Origin: a virus | Lineage: Duplodnaviria; Caudoviricetes | Direction: 5' to 3' (one strand) | Virus record (IMG/VR): IMGVR_UViG_3300037042_000313 | Coordinates: 1 to 61,978 of that record | DNA: 61,978 nt | Shown: positions 8,517-17,504 of the stretch, one piece after another | Numbering within the stretch: the first letter of the stretch is position 1 | Layout of the letters: every line of letters starts with the position of its first letter | Made by a program: the position numbers and the translations under genes | The notes under the pieces: model-generated | What the model saw: only the letters and a program-made list of their open reading frames with translations | Told to the model about the DNA's origin: nothing | Database searches by the model: none

Positions 8517-9389
8517 ATGGTACTAGGATTTAACAACGCCAATGTTCGCCTAAGCGTGAAGCTCGCCGAGAAAGCCGCTCAACGAGAAGCACAAGAGGAG
8601 AGCCCGTTTGATGTCCCGTCCATGCTCAAGACTGTCATCACTAGGCTAGCGACAGACAAACCGCTGTGGGACTTCATCGCTTTTAGCGTAGTGAATCGCA
8701 CCCAAGTAACCACCTTCTACGTAGAGAAGGATGGCGAGCGGCTGGGTGAGATCGGTTTTGACTGGCACGGCAGGAACTACTGCATCTACGTCAAGAACAA
8801 GCGCATTGCCGATGCTCTATCACGTAGCGACAGGTACAAGACTGCGGACATTGACAAGGCCGTATTAAAAGTCAAGAAAATGTTTGGTGTTATGACTACC
8901 AAAGAGCGCCTAACGGATGCATCCGTGAAGGCGGCTAACGTAACCAACAACGCAGCCAATGCCAAGTGGTCCCAGCTTCGAGATGTTGAAGGCAGGATCA
9001 CACGGGTTGCTAATCAGTACGTCATGGAGGAGGGGTTCCCGGTGTTTTTAGAGTGGCTGAAGGCCCAAGACACCCACAAAACTAGAGATGCTCTGTTAGG
9101 TGTAGATAACAAAGTTAGCCTAAGCATCGAGATGCTAACCATCCAAAAAGTTCGAGATCACTTCAACGAAGGCAAGGCGGTGTTGGTCATCAAAGACGAC
9201 GGAAAATATATTGTCAAAGTGGGTGACAAAGTGGATTTGTATGATGACAATACGCTCCCTCAAGAGTTGTGCGGCAAGTTAGGTATGCTGAAGCTGATAG
9301 AGGCCGAGCAGTTCGTGACTGACACAGGCTGCCGCATCAACGACGAGACGTTCGTTCTTATATTAGAAGAGGTGAAACATGAAGATTGA
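8517..9389 (+). CDS. Hypothetical protein (~290 aa)
   Basis: AGGAG SD before ATG 8517. Confidence 0.8.
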   Translation: MVLGFNNANVRLSVKLAEKAAQREAQEESPFDVPSMLKTVITRLATDKPLWDFIAFSVVNRTQVTTFYVEKDGERLGEIGFDWHGRNYCIYVKNKRIADALSRSDRYKTADIDKAVLKVKKMFGVMTTKERLTDASVKAANVTNNAANAKWSQLRDVEGRITRVANQYVMEEGFPVFLEWLKAQDTHKTRDALLGVDNKVSLSIEMLTIQKVRDHFNEGKAVLVIKDDGKYIVKVGDKVDLYDDNTLPQELCGKLGMLKLIEAEQFVTDTGCRINDETFVLILEEVKHED

Positions 9390-9540
9390 ACTGTTGAAAG
9401 CATCGCGTAGGGTGTGGCAGGAGATGGACTACATCCCCCGCGAACTTGCCCGCAAGAATCAACTCAAGTGGGTACATGCAATCCGAATGTTGGGGGACAA
9501 GTGGGTGCTAATGCAACCCTTGCAGCGGAAGGAAGAATGA
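9379..9540 (+). CDS. Small hypothetical protein (53 aa, not in ORF track)
   Basis: GAGGTG SD; MKIELLKASRR...LGDKWVLMQ; overlaps both neighbours. Confidence 0.6.
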   Translation: MKIELLKASRRVWQEMDYIPRELARKNQLKWVHAIRMLGDKWVLMQPLQRKEE

Positions 9541-9740
9541 GGCCGTGGCCGGAGAAAAAGACTACACAAGGTTTTCCATGCCCCCAGTGCGGGGTGTGGA
9601 CCCGAGTGCTAGACACGAGGAAGGGAAGTATCAGACGGAGAGAGTGCGCGAACTTGCACCTTTTCTATACCGAGGAGAAAGTCCTTGGCCCTTCAAATAC
9701 AGAATCACCACAGGAGAAACTTGATGACAACAGGGATTGA
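9537..9740 (+). CDS. NrdR-like zinc-ribbon protein (~67 aa)
   Basis: CPQCG..TRVLDTR..IRRRECANLHLFYTEE resembles the NrdR N-terminal Zn ribbon; no ATP cone. Confidence 0.7.
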   Translation: MRPWPEKKTTQGFPCPQCGVWTRVLDTRKGSIRRRECANLHLFYTEEKVLGPSNTESPQEKLDDNRD

Positions 9741-9936
9741 AGAACTGAAGCTGCCCGTACGTAAGAAGGGTCGAGGTCTGGGTAAGCGCCCAGCCCTGAT
9801 CTGCACTAGCCTACGGCTCCCCAAGGAAGCCATGGAGTACTACAAAGGGTTCGAGAACCCGCAAGTAAAGATGCGTGAAGTGCTCGTCGAGTATTTCATT
9901 AGCCATACGACCAAAGAAGGAGAAGAAAATGTTTGA
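9724..9936 (+). CDS. Ribbon-helix-helix protein, BrnA-antitoxin-like (~70 aa)
   Basis: KKGRG..KRPALICTSLRLPKEAMEYYK...QVKMREVL resembles the BrnA C-terminal RHH pattern; AGGAG SD. Confidence 0.55.
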   Translation: MTTGIEELKLPVRKKGRGLGKRPALICTSLRLPKEAMEYYKGFENPQVKMREVLVEYFISHTTKEGEENV

Positions 9937-10405
9937 TAAAGAAAAGCGCAGCAAGATCGCCGCATATTTGCTAGAGAACCCAACCGCTAGCATCCGAGAG
10001 GCCGCAGCCATTTTCGGCGTGACCTACCAGCAAGCGTACGTAGTTAGCCGCGCTGAGCGGGGGCTTCTGCGTAAGAAGAAAGTGGTAAAGGCCAAGAGCA
10101 AGATGGGGCAGAAACGCCTTGCTACAAAGATTAAGAAACTCACCGACAAGATCGACAGCGAGCCGCAGATTACTGGGGCTGAGCCTGTGTTTATCTCAGA
10201 AGTCGATCTGATTAACCAACCTCCGCACTATACGAAGGGTGGCATCGAGACTATTGACTTCATCGAGGCTAAGGAGTTGAACTACAACTTGGGCAATGTG
10301 GTTAAGTACGTAACCCGTAGCGGGCTCAAGGGTACGCGCATTGAAGACCTCAAGAAGGCCGTGTGGTACTTGGAGCGAGAGATCGACACACTGCTGGGCT
10401 TCTAA
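9929..10405 (+). CDS. HTH + DUF3310 (SaV-like) protein
   Basis: N-terminal HTH-like SIREAAAIFGVTYQ; C-terminal INQPPHYTKGGIETIDFI...GNVVKYVTR...EDLKKAVWYL. Confidence 0.85.
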   Translation: MFDKEKRSKIAAYLLENPTASIREAAAIFGVTYQQAYVVSRAERGLLRKKKVVKAKSKMGQKRLATKIKKLTDKIDSEPQITGAEPVFISEVDLINQPPHYTKGGIETIDFIEAKELNYNLGNVVKYVTRSGLKGTRIEDLKKAVWYLEREIDTLLGF

Positions 10406-10422
10406 CAAAGTTAGGACACTAA

Positions 10423-10653
10423 ATGACAAACAAAACTCAAATTGTTATCGAGCCTGATGACTTTATTCCGTTGCACCTTGAGACTCGCACTCATGTTTCA
10501 ACTACGGTAATGTGTCAGCACCTCAACAGAAAACCGCAAACTGCAAGAGCTTGGGCTTGTAAAGGGACTTACCCCGAGGTTCTAAAGCCACTGCTTGTCA
10601 TGGGTCGACTGGCGTGGCCCGTTGCTGGTATACGGAGCCTACTTGGGCTGTAA
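10423..10653 (+). CDS. Excisionase/AlpA-like winged-HTH DNA-binding protein
   Basis: HLNRKPQTARAWAC...GRLAWPVAGIR pattern; its SD overlaps palindrome 10402-10414. Confidence 0.65.
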   Translation: MTNKTQIVIEPDDFIPLHLETRTHVSTTVMCQHLNRKPQTARAWACKGTYPEVLKPLLVMGRLAWPVAGIRSLLGL

Positions 10654-10674
10654 AGTTAGGGTTTTCCTTTCGAG

Positions 10675-10697
10675 AGCCACCTTCGGGTGGCTTTTTT
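10675..10697 (+). terminator. Rho-independent terminator
   Basis: AGCCACC-TTCG-GGTGGCT followed by T run. Confidence 0.9.
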
Positions 10698-10701
10698 ACG
10701 C

Positions 10702-10729
10702 TTGACTTTGTAAAGAGCGGTGATAAAAT
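10702..10729 (+). promoter_or_regulatory. Putative promoter of replication operon
   Basis: TTGACT-16 bp-TAAAAT with extended TGn, directly after the terminator. Confidence 0.65.
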
Positions 10730-10757
10730 CAAGGCTCGAAAACTACTGGAGGATGAG

Positions 10758-11108
10758 ATGTCGTACATGGCGTTTGGAGACGCACCCCTAGTCATAAGGG
10801 ATGGGCAACTGATATGCCCCGGATGCAACGGTGAGTGGATACACCAGCGCAACACCACGGTCTTCGCTAGAGACGAAGACGACGATGTAACAACTGTCCT
10901 TGCTCAAGATGGCACAGATGGACAGGTAGTTAAGTTCCCATCTAGGGACACATGCAACCCTAGCCCACGTAGGCAGGGGATCATCATCGAGTTCGAGTGT
11001 GAGGGTTGTCATTACAACTCCCCACTACAGCAATTTCGTCTGGCAATAATTCAGCACAAGGGCAATACATACGTGGAGTGGCTAAATGGCATCAACCCCG
11101 GAACGTAA
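10758..11108 (+). CDS. Zn-binding hypothetical protein (~116 aa)
   Basis: CPGC...CEGC, QHKGNTY; GGAGG SD before ATG 10758. Confidence 0.7.
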   Translation: MSYMAFGDAPLVIRDGQLICPGCNGEWIHQRNTTVFARDEDDDVTTVLAQDGTDGQVVKFPSRDTCNPSPRRQGIIIEFECEGCHYNSPLQQFRLAIIQHKGNTYVEWLNGINPGT

Positions 11109-11388
11109 GGTTAAGGAGCGGATAAAGCATCTGCTCAAAGAGAACAACGTCTACTACGCAATGCCTATGGGTACGGGCTACGGTAACTCAGGCGTCCCCG
11201 ATTTCCTCTGCTGTGTCAACGGTCAGTTCCTCGCTATCGAGGCTAAGGCTGGCAAGAACAAGCCGACTGCGTTGCAAGAGAAGAACATTGCAGACATTAG
11301 GGCTTCTGGGGGTATCGCCCTAGTGGTTAACGAAGACCTGACAGAACTTACAGCGGTTATAGAGAATTATTCGAGGGGGATAATTTGA
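11086..11388 (+). CDS. VRR-NUC domain nuclease / resolvase
   Basis: PE..V...GVPD...F.AIEAK....PTALQ motif. Confidence 0.88.
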   Translation: MASTPERKVKERIKHLLKENNVYYAMPMGTGYGNSGVPDFLCCVNGQFLAIEAKAGKNKPTALQEKNIADIRASGGIALVVNEDLTELTAVIENYSRGII

Positions 11389-13205
11389 GCATCCTGACAA
11401 TCGACTTCGAGACGTACTACTCGCAGATATTCAGCCTAACAAAGTTAACTACAGAGGAGTACATCCGCTCCCCACAGTTTGAAGTTATCGGTGTTTCCGT
11501 ACAGGTAGACGATGGTGAGCCCGTGTGGTTCAGCGGCTCCCCAGAAAAAACCCACCAGTTCCTCCAACAGTTCGACTGGGCCAACTCGATTGCACTAGCC
11601 CACAACGCTATGTTCGACGGGGCTATCCTGAGTTGGGTCTACGGGATTACCCCTAAAGGCTGGCTGGATACGCTGTGCATGGGACGAGCACTGCACGGTA
11701 CGGAAGTAGGTGGAAGTTTGAAGGTTCTGGCTACTCACTACGGGCTAGGCGAGAAGGGTACGGAGATCGGCAACGCTCTCGGGCTTAGGCGTGAGGACTT
11801 TGGCACGGACCAACTGGAACGCTATGGCGAGTACTGCAAGAACGATGTGGCCTTGACTTGGGCGCTGTTCAACGCAATGAACGCCGACTTCCCCGCTATC
11901 GAACTGCGGCTCATCGACCTGACGATCAAGATGTTCACGGAGCCAGTGCTGCATCTTTCGGGGGCGGAACTTCACGCACACCTTATGTCAGTCCGGGCAC
12001 GTAAAGTAGATACCCTCGGTGCGTACGACCAAGATGTACTGATGAGCAACCCCAAGTTCGCCGACGCGCTAACAAAGTTAGGTGTCACCCCGCCGATGAA
12101 GGTTAGCCCTGCGAACGGCAAGCAGACCTATGCCTTCTCTAAGACGGACGAGGGGTTCAAGGAGCTACTTGAGCACGAGAACGTGGAAGTTCAGGCATTG
12201 GTTGCGGCTCGACTCGGTATCAAGTCCACCATCGAGGAGACACGGACCGAGCGGTTTCTTGGTATATCAAAACGTGGGCCACTACCCGTACCCCTGCGGT
12301 ATTACGCTGCTCATACAGGCCGATGGGGTGGCGACGACAAGGTGAACCTTCAGAACCTCCCACGCAACTCCACGCTCAAGAACTGCATCATCCCGCCAGA
12401 GGGTTACGTCATCCTCGACTCTGACTCATCCCAGATCGAAGCGCGTACGCTGGCATGGCTAGCAGGACAAGAAGACTTGGTTGAAGCGTTCGACAAGGGC
12501 GAGGATGTGTACCGCATCATGGCGTCACGCATCTACAACAAGCCAGAAGAAGAAATAACAAAAGGAGAGCGATTTGTTGGTAAGACAACCATCTTGGGTG
12601 CGGGATACGGTATGGGTGCGGCGAAGTTTCAGGCGCAACTCAAGAACTTCGGCGTCGAGGTTGAGTTGGATGAGTGCAAGCGGATCATCGACACGTACCG
12701 TAGCACATACCCAGCAATCCCTAAGCTGTGGAACTCAGCCAACGAGTCCCTCAAAGCGATCCTCAACAACCAGAGTACAACACTAGGCCGAGAGGGTTTG
12801 CTGAACATCGAGGGTACTAACGGTGTTAGGTTGCCGAATGGGTTGCGGCTCAAGTATCCGAACCTACGGCTACGTCAGGACGAGGAGACAGGCAGGAATG
12901 AACTCGTCTACGACACGAAGAAAGGGAAAGCTCTTATCCCGACTCGGCTGTATGGTGGAAAAATGGTGGAGAACGTCTGTCAGGCGTTAGCGCGTATCGT
13001 CATTGGTGAGCAGATGCTTTTGGTCGCCAAGAAGTACCGTGTGGTGATGACCGTGCATGACGCGATTGCTTGCATCGTGCCGAAAGCAGAAGCTGACACT
13101 GCTAAAGAATACATTGAACTGTGTATGCGTTTGCGCCCCAAGTGGGCGCTTGAACTCCCTTTGAACTGTGAGGCTGGATATGGAGAAAGTTACGGTGATT
13201 GTTGA
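11385..13205 (+). CDS. polA: DNA polymerase, family A, with 3'-5' exonuclease
   Basis: Exo I DFET, HNAMFD; HTGRWGG; motif A DSSQIEAR; motif B RFVGKTTILGAGYG; motif C VHD. Confidence 0.95.
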   Translation: MSILTIDFETYYSQIFSLTKLTTEEYIRSPQFEVIGVSVQVDDGEPVWFSGSPEKTHQFLQQFDWANSIALAHNAMFDGAILSWVYGITPKGWLDTLCMGRALHGTEVGGSLKVLATHYGLGEKGTEIGNALGLRREDFGTDQLERYGEYCKNDVALTWALFNAMNADFPAIELRLIDLTIKMFTEPVLHLSGAELHAHLMSVRARKVDTLGAYDQDVLMSNPKFADALTKLGVTPPMKVSPANGKQTYAFSKTDEGFKELLEHENVEVQALVAARLGIKSTIEETRTERFLGISKRGPLPVPLRYYAAHTGRWGGDDKVNLQNLPRNSTLKNCIIPPEGYVILDSDSSQIEARTLAWLAGQEDLVEAFDKGEDVYRIMASRIYNKPEEEITKGERFVGKTTILGAGYGMGAAKFQAQLKNFGVEVELDECKRIIDTYRSTYPAIPKLWNSANESLKAILNNQSTTLGREGLLNIEGTNGVRLPNGLRLKYPNLRLRQDEETGRNELVYDTKKGKALIPTRLYGGKMVENVCQALARIVIGEQMLLVAKKYRVVMTVHDAIACIVPKAEADTAKEYIELCMRLRPKWALELPLNCEAGYGESYGDC

Positions 13206-13371
13206 TTACGCATACCCCTGCATGATGGCAGAGAAAGCATTGAAGCAAGTACATAACGCTATGCTAAACAAAGACTTTGATACTGCTGTTGAGGCTGGTA
13301 TCCAAGCCCTAGTAGAAACTAAGTTAATGGTATTAGCGATCAAAGATATGAAGGATGCCGCAAATGGATGA
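13195..13371 (+). CDS. Small hypothetical protein
   Basis: ORF 13168..13371, likely GTG start 13195; fills the operon gap. Confidence 0.6.
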   Translation: MIVDYAYPCMMAEKALKQVHNAMLNKDFDTAVEAGIQALVETKLMVLAIKDMKDAANG

Positions 13372-13588
13372 GCCGAAGAAGGAAATTTACAACGGTGGCC
13401 CAGCTTTTCCGCTGGACTTGAAGGTTGGTGATGACCACCGCTGGGGACACGGGATGTCTCTGCGGGATTACTTTGCTGCGGCGGCGATGCAGGGGCAGAT
13501 GGTTGGTTATCAAGGTCAGATGTGGGGGCGCATAGCCAAAGAAGCATACGAACAAGCCGACGCAATGATTGAGCAGCGTACAAAATGA
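13364..13588 (+). CDS. Conserved phage protein (GGPAFP...GMSLRDYFA family)
   Basis: Signature widespread in proteobacterial phages; function unknown. Confidence 0.8.
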   Translation: MDEPKKEIYNGGPAFPLDLKVGDDHRWGHGMSLRDYFAAAAMQGQMVGYQGQMWGRIAKEAYEQADAMIEQRTK

Positions 13589-14253
13589 GTAAGCCTATTG
13601 TCTGGTCATTCAGTAGCCTGAAAACATTTCAGCAGTGCCCACGTAAGTATTACCACACCAAGATTGCTAGGGATATTGTTGAGCCAGACACTACGGCAAC
13701 TCTGTACGGTAAGACTGTACATACGGTAGCAGAAGAGTACGTGCGGGATGGCACCCCAATACCTCCCGCATATTCATATATCCAAGCAACCCTAGATGAA
13801 CTCAGGGCGATACCGGGGGAGAAGCTATGCGAAGTGAAGCTGGGGCTGACGAAGGAGTTGGAAAGCTGCGACTTCAGTGCTCCGAATGTGTGGTGGCATG
13901 GGATTGCCGACTTGGTGGTTATCAACCGGGAGAAGGGGATAGCACACTCGGTGGACTACAAGACAAGCAAGAGTGCGAGATATGCGGATGTGAAGCAACT
14001 CGATTTAATCGCTTGTGGTCTATTTGCGAAGTTCCCGGAAATCCAGAGGGTGAAATCGGCTCTTATATTTGTGGTGAGCAAGGAGTTCGTTAAGGCCGAG
14101 CACCACGTAGAGATGATGAAGAAGTACGTTGAGAAACCCGCACAAGATGTTGCACGTATCGAAGCAGCATTAGTTAATGGTGTGTGGAATCCTAGTCAAA
14201 GTCCACTGTGCAGATTCTGCTCAGTTAAATCGTGTGAATATAACCGGAGTTAA
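13585..14253 (+). CDS. PD-(D/E)XK exonuclease (Cas4/RecB-like)
   Basis: WSFSSL..F.QCP, G.ADL, VDYKT, C-terminal CRFC...C. Confidence 0.9.
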   Translation: MSKPIVWSFSSLKTFQQCPRKYYHTKIARDIVEPDTTATLYGKTVHTVAEEYVRDGTPIPPAYSYIQATLDELRAIPGEKLCEVKLGLTKELESCDFSAPNVWWHGIADLVVINREKGIAHSVDYKTSKSARYADVKQLDLIACGLFAKFPEIQRVKSALIFVVSKEFVKAEHHVEMMKKYVEKPAQDVARIEAALVNGVWNPSQSPLCRFCSVKSCEYNRS

Positions 14254-14255
14254 CA

Positions 14256-14372
14256 ATGTTAGATAAAGACGATAAATACAAAGAGTCTTCGTGGTTGGTT
14301 ACGGGGGCAATGTTTGTTGGTTTCGTATTAGTACTCTCTTGGTTGCTGGTATTTGTTGGGGCGGTTACGTGA
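14256..14372 (+). CDS. Small membrane peptide (38 aa)
   Basis: GGAG SD; ATG inside palindrome 14250-14262; single hydrophobic helix. Confidence 0.4.
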   Translation: MLDKDDKYKESSWLVTGAMFVGFVLVLSWLLVFVGAVT

Positions 14373-14394
14373 GTGGGAAACTGGAATAAAAACT

Positions 14395-14625
14395 ATGATT
14401 AAAAGTAAAGCAATTAGTTGGAATAAGGGTAAGCCCTTGGCAGTAGGTTGGTACCGTACTCGCGGTAAAGACTTCGTTTGGACTGGAACCTACCGCTGGT
14501 GGGATGGCGAGCGGTGGTCGTGGGCAGCGTTTGAGCACGAGAGCGCCGAACGAGCAGGTAAGTGGGCCGCTAAGAAAGAGGCCGTGGGTTACTTCAATGT
14601 GCTCCTGTGGAGTGATATGCCGTGA
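14395..14625 (+). CDS. Trp-rich hypothetical protein (~76 aa)
   Basis: P..VGWY...YRWWDGERWS motif. Confidence 0.65.
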   Translation: MIKSKAISWNKGKPLAVGWYRTRGKDFVWTGTYRWWDGERWSWAAFEHESAERAGKWAAKKEAVGYFNVLLWSDMP

Positions 14626-15146
14626 ACATCGAAGGATTACTTGAGCGGGTCTATGAGAAGTGCATCCCCGACGGAGGGTGCATGAACTGGACAGGGGCAA
14701 CGCAGTCAGTCTGCAAAAGCCCGATCATGCGCAAACTGGAGGAAGGTGGTCGTGCTGTATCTCTACGGAGATACATGCTGGAGATCGCACAGGGTAAAAA
14801 AGTATACGCAGCGCGTGTGGCTACCTATATGTGCGGTAACCCTAAGTGCGTGAAGTTGGAACACCTTGGTGAGATCACCCGCAAGACCCTGCAGGAGAGG
14901 AACATATCCCTAATGAACGCAGGGCAGCGGCTAATCAAGGCTAAGCGAGTCAGCGATAAGGCGCGGAAGCGAGCCAAGCTGACCCCCGAACTCGCCCGAG
15001 AGATAGCTGCATTGAACGAGCCCCAGCGAGTGATAGCCCAGAAGTACGGCATCGGCCAGTCAACAGTTAGCCAGATCAAACGTGGCGCTACGTGGCAGGA
15101 CTACACCAACCCATTCTTGCGGCTAGCAGAGGTGCGTGGCCTATGA
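14622..15146 (+). CDS. Degenerate HNH homing-endonuclease-like protein with C-terminal HTH
   Basis: GCMNWTGA...MCGNPKCVKLEHL; AKLT...QRVIAQKYGIGQSTVSQIKRGATW. Confidence 0.75.
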   Translation: MNIEGLLERVYEKCIPDGGCMNWTGATQSVCKSPIMRKLEEGGRAVSLRRYMLEIAQGKKVYAARVATYMCGNPKCVKLEHLGEITRKTLQERNISLMNAGQRLIKAKRVSDKARKRAKLTPELAREIAALNEPQRVIAQKYGIGQSTVSQIKRGATWQDYTNPFLRLAEVRGL

Positions 15147-15337
15147 ACCGCCCCGATAGCCCCTGCATTGCTGTGTGTACAACTTTGTATACCGACAAGT
15201 GTTCTGGCTGCGGGCGTACGTACATGGAAGTCGCGCAGTGGAACAGTTTGACTGACGAAGAACGAGAGGTGGTGTGGCAGCGGATCGACGCCGAGGCTAC
15301 ATCGTGGCGTTACAACCGTTATAAGGATAGGGCATGA
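15143..15337 (+). CDS. DUF1289 (Cys-rich, predicted Fe-S) protein
   Basis: SPCIAVC...CSGCGRT..EVAQW..L...ER..VW. Confidence 0.85.
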   Translation: MNRPDSPCIAVCTTLYTDKCSGCGRTYMEVAQWNSLTDEEREVVWQRIDAEATSWRYNRYKDRA

Positions 15338-15510
15338 GTACTACCCCGCCCCCAAAAAAGCCCAGCCTGATCGACAAGTCGCTCAAGACTGAGATGGATC
15401 GCCGGATGGCTAGGGTGCGGGAGTACTTAGTCACTATCGAAGACCTGACACCCTTAGCCAAGTTTGAATATACGATTCTGATTGCTAAGCTAACTGGAGA
15501 GAAGAAATGA
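15334..15510 (+). CDS. Small hypothetical protein (58 aa, not in ORF track)
   Basis: ATGA overlaps at both ends. Confidence 0.55.
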   Translation: MSTTPPPKKPSLIDKSLKTEMDRRMARVREYLVTIEDLTPLAKFEYTILIAKLTGEKK

Positions 15511-15809
15511 GTACCTACGGTGAGATGAAAGCCAAATACAACGAAGTAAACAAACACCAGCAAAACTACACAGATGTAGTCCTACGCTTGTACACCGATA
15601 AGAGCGATCTCTCGATGGACGCAGCAGCAGAGATCGTAAGACTGCGCCAAGCATTACGCTGGCAGGACGACCGAGACGGTAGAATTGGCACACACTCGGA
15701 TAACTGCTATACATATGGCTACCGCCACTACGAGTGTGCCCTCCACAGGATCAAGCATCTGGAGGAAGATCATAGGTTTGCACAGGCGCTAGGCCCGTGC
15801 GGTAAATAA
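15507..15809 (+). CDS. Hypothetical protein (100 aa)
   Basis: In-operon ORF; THSDNC...HYECA motif. Confidence 0.65.
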   Translation: MSTYGEMKAKYNEVNKHQQNYTDVVLRLYTDKSDLSMDAAAEIVRLRQALRWQDDRDGRIGTHSDNCYTYGYRHYECALHRIKHLEEDHRFAQALGPCGK

Positions 15810-15819
15810 CGGAGTCATC

Positions 15820-16095
15820 ATGCCCTACGTCACCAAGCCCCGCCCGTACAAAAAAGAGTACCAACAACAAGTTGCTAGAGGCGAAGGTCCAGCACGAGCC
15901 AAGCGCGAAAGTGCTCGCAACGAAATGGACAAAAAAGGGATTGACCGCAAGGGCAAAGACATAGATCATTCGATCCCCTTGTCAAAGGGTGGGACCAACG
16001 CCCCGAGCAACCTGAAGCTGAAGGCACCGAGCGCAAACCGTTCGTTCAGCCGCAACTCGGACCACACAGTGAAAGTCAACAAGCCGAAAAAATGA
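15820..16095 (+). CDS. Small HNH endonuclease
   Basis: KDIDH..PLSKGG.N..SNL......NRS. Confidence 0.85.
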   Translation: MPYVTKPRPYKKEYQQQVARGEGPARAKRESARNEMDKKGIDRKGKDIDHSIPLSKGGTNAPSNLKLKAPSANRSFSRNSDHTVKVNKPKK

Positions 16096-17480
16096 ACCTA
16101 TCAGAGTATGAGTGGCCCCGTCCGCACGGGTTCACCCCGTTCGAGCATCAGAAGACAACAGCAGAGTTCCTCATCTCCAACCGCAAGGCGTTCTGCTTCA
16201 ACGAGCAGGGCACGGGGAAAACAGCATCAGTGATTTGGTCCGTGGACTATTTGATGCAGCGTGGGTTAGTGAAACGTGTGCTAGTCATATGCCCGCTGTC
16301 GATCATGAAGTCGGCATGGCAGAACGACCTGTTCAAGTTTGCGATCCATCGCTCTGTTGCTGTAGCCTATGGCTCGGCTAAGAAGCGCAAAGAGATCATC
16401 GAGTCTGGCGCTGAGTTCGTCATCATCAACTTCGACGGTGCGGGTATCGTCAAGAAAGAGATCATGGCTGGCGGGTTCGACCTCATCGTGGTAGATGAAG
16501 CGTCGGCATACAAGAACCCACAGACCGAACGCTGGAAAGACCTCCGAGATATCACTAAGGTGGTGAAGGGGTTGTGGATGCTGACAGGTACGCCTGCAGC
16601 CCAGTCTCCTATGGATGCTTACGGATTGGCAAAGCTAATCAATCCAAAGGGTGTCTCTCCATTCTTGGGTCAGTTCCGCGACTCAGTTATGTTCAAGGTA
16701 GGTGAGTTCCGGTACATCCCGCGACCCGAAGCCAAGCACATCGTCCACAAGATACTGCAGCCAGCGATTCGCTTTGAGAAGTCTCAATGCCTTGACCTGC
16801 CTCCGGTTACGCACGTTGACCGAGATGCCCCGCTCACCCCCCAGCAGCTTAAGTACTACCAAATACTGAAGAAGCAGATGCTGATAGAGGCGGATGGGGA
16901 AGAAGTCTCCGCCGTCAATGCTGCGGTAAAGATCAACAAGCTACTACAGATTGCTGGTGGCGCTGTCTACACCGACAACAAAGAGATCATTGAGTTCGAC
17001 GTAAGCAGTCGGCTTAACGTAGTACGGGAAGTCATAGAGGAATCAAGCCACAAGGTTCTGGTCTTCGTCCCGTTCACGCACACAATCGACCTGCTGAAGA
17101 AGCACCTAGACAAACACAACATCACCTCCGAAGTCATCAATGGGTCGGTACCAGTCAATCGCAGGTCCGATATCGTCAAGACTTTCCAAGAAGATGAGAA
17201 CCCCCGAGTCCTCATCATTCAGCCGCAAGCAGCCTCCCACGGGCTAACACTAACAGCAGCGAACACAATCATTTGGTACGCTCCTTGTTCTAGTGTTGAG
17301 ACGTACCTGCAAGCGAACGCACGGATTGACCGCCCCGGTCAGGTCAACAACATGACCATCGTGCACGTGAAGGGTTCCTCCGTCGAGGAAAAGATGTACG
17401 CCCTTCTACGTAACAACGTAGGCAACCACCAGCGCGTGATTGACCTCTACCGCCAAGAAATATCTGAAGAAACCGCTTGA
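16092..17480 (+). CDS. SNF2-family (SF2) helicase
   Basis: EQGTGKT, VVDEAS, LTGTP, HGLTLTAA, QANARIDRPGQ. Confidence 0.92.
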   Translation: MNLSEYEWPRPHGFTPFEHQKTTAEFLISNRKAFCFNEQGTGKTASVIWSVDYLMQRGLVKRVLVICPLSIMKSAWQNDLFKFAIHRSVAVAYGSAKKRKEIIESGAEFVIINFDGAGIVKKEIMAGGFDLIVVDEASAYKNPQTERWKDLRDITKVVKGLWMLTGTPAAQSPMDAYGLAKLINPKGVSPFLGQFRDSVMFKVGEFRYIPRPEAKHIVHKILQPAIRFEKSQCLDLPPVTHVDRDAPLTPQQLKYYQILKKQMLIEADGEEVSAVNAAVKINKLLQIAGGAVYTDNKEIIEFDVSSRLNVVREVIEESSHKVLVFVPFTHTIDLLKKHLDKHNITSEVINGSVPVNRRSDIVKTFQEDENPRVLIIQPQAASHGLTLTAANTIIWYAPCSSVETYLQANARIDRPGQVNNMTIVHVKGSSVEEKMYALLRNNVGNHQRVIDLYRQEISEETA

Positions 17481-17504
17481 CAATGTAAAGCGTCTTGCTA
17501 AGAT
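17477..17504 (+). promoter_or_regulatory. Putative promoter with downstream palindrome
   Basis: TTGACA-16 bp-TAAGAT (extended TGn); palindrome 17514-17526 lies between it and the SD. Confidence 0.7.

Noticed and set aside
13585-14253. cas4 as part of a CRISPR system
   Set aside because: Stand-alone PD-(D/E)XK nuclease in the replication operon, which is common in phages
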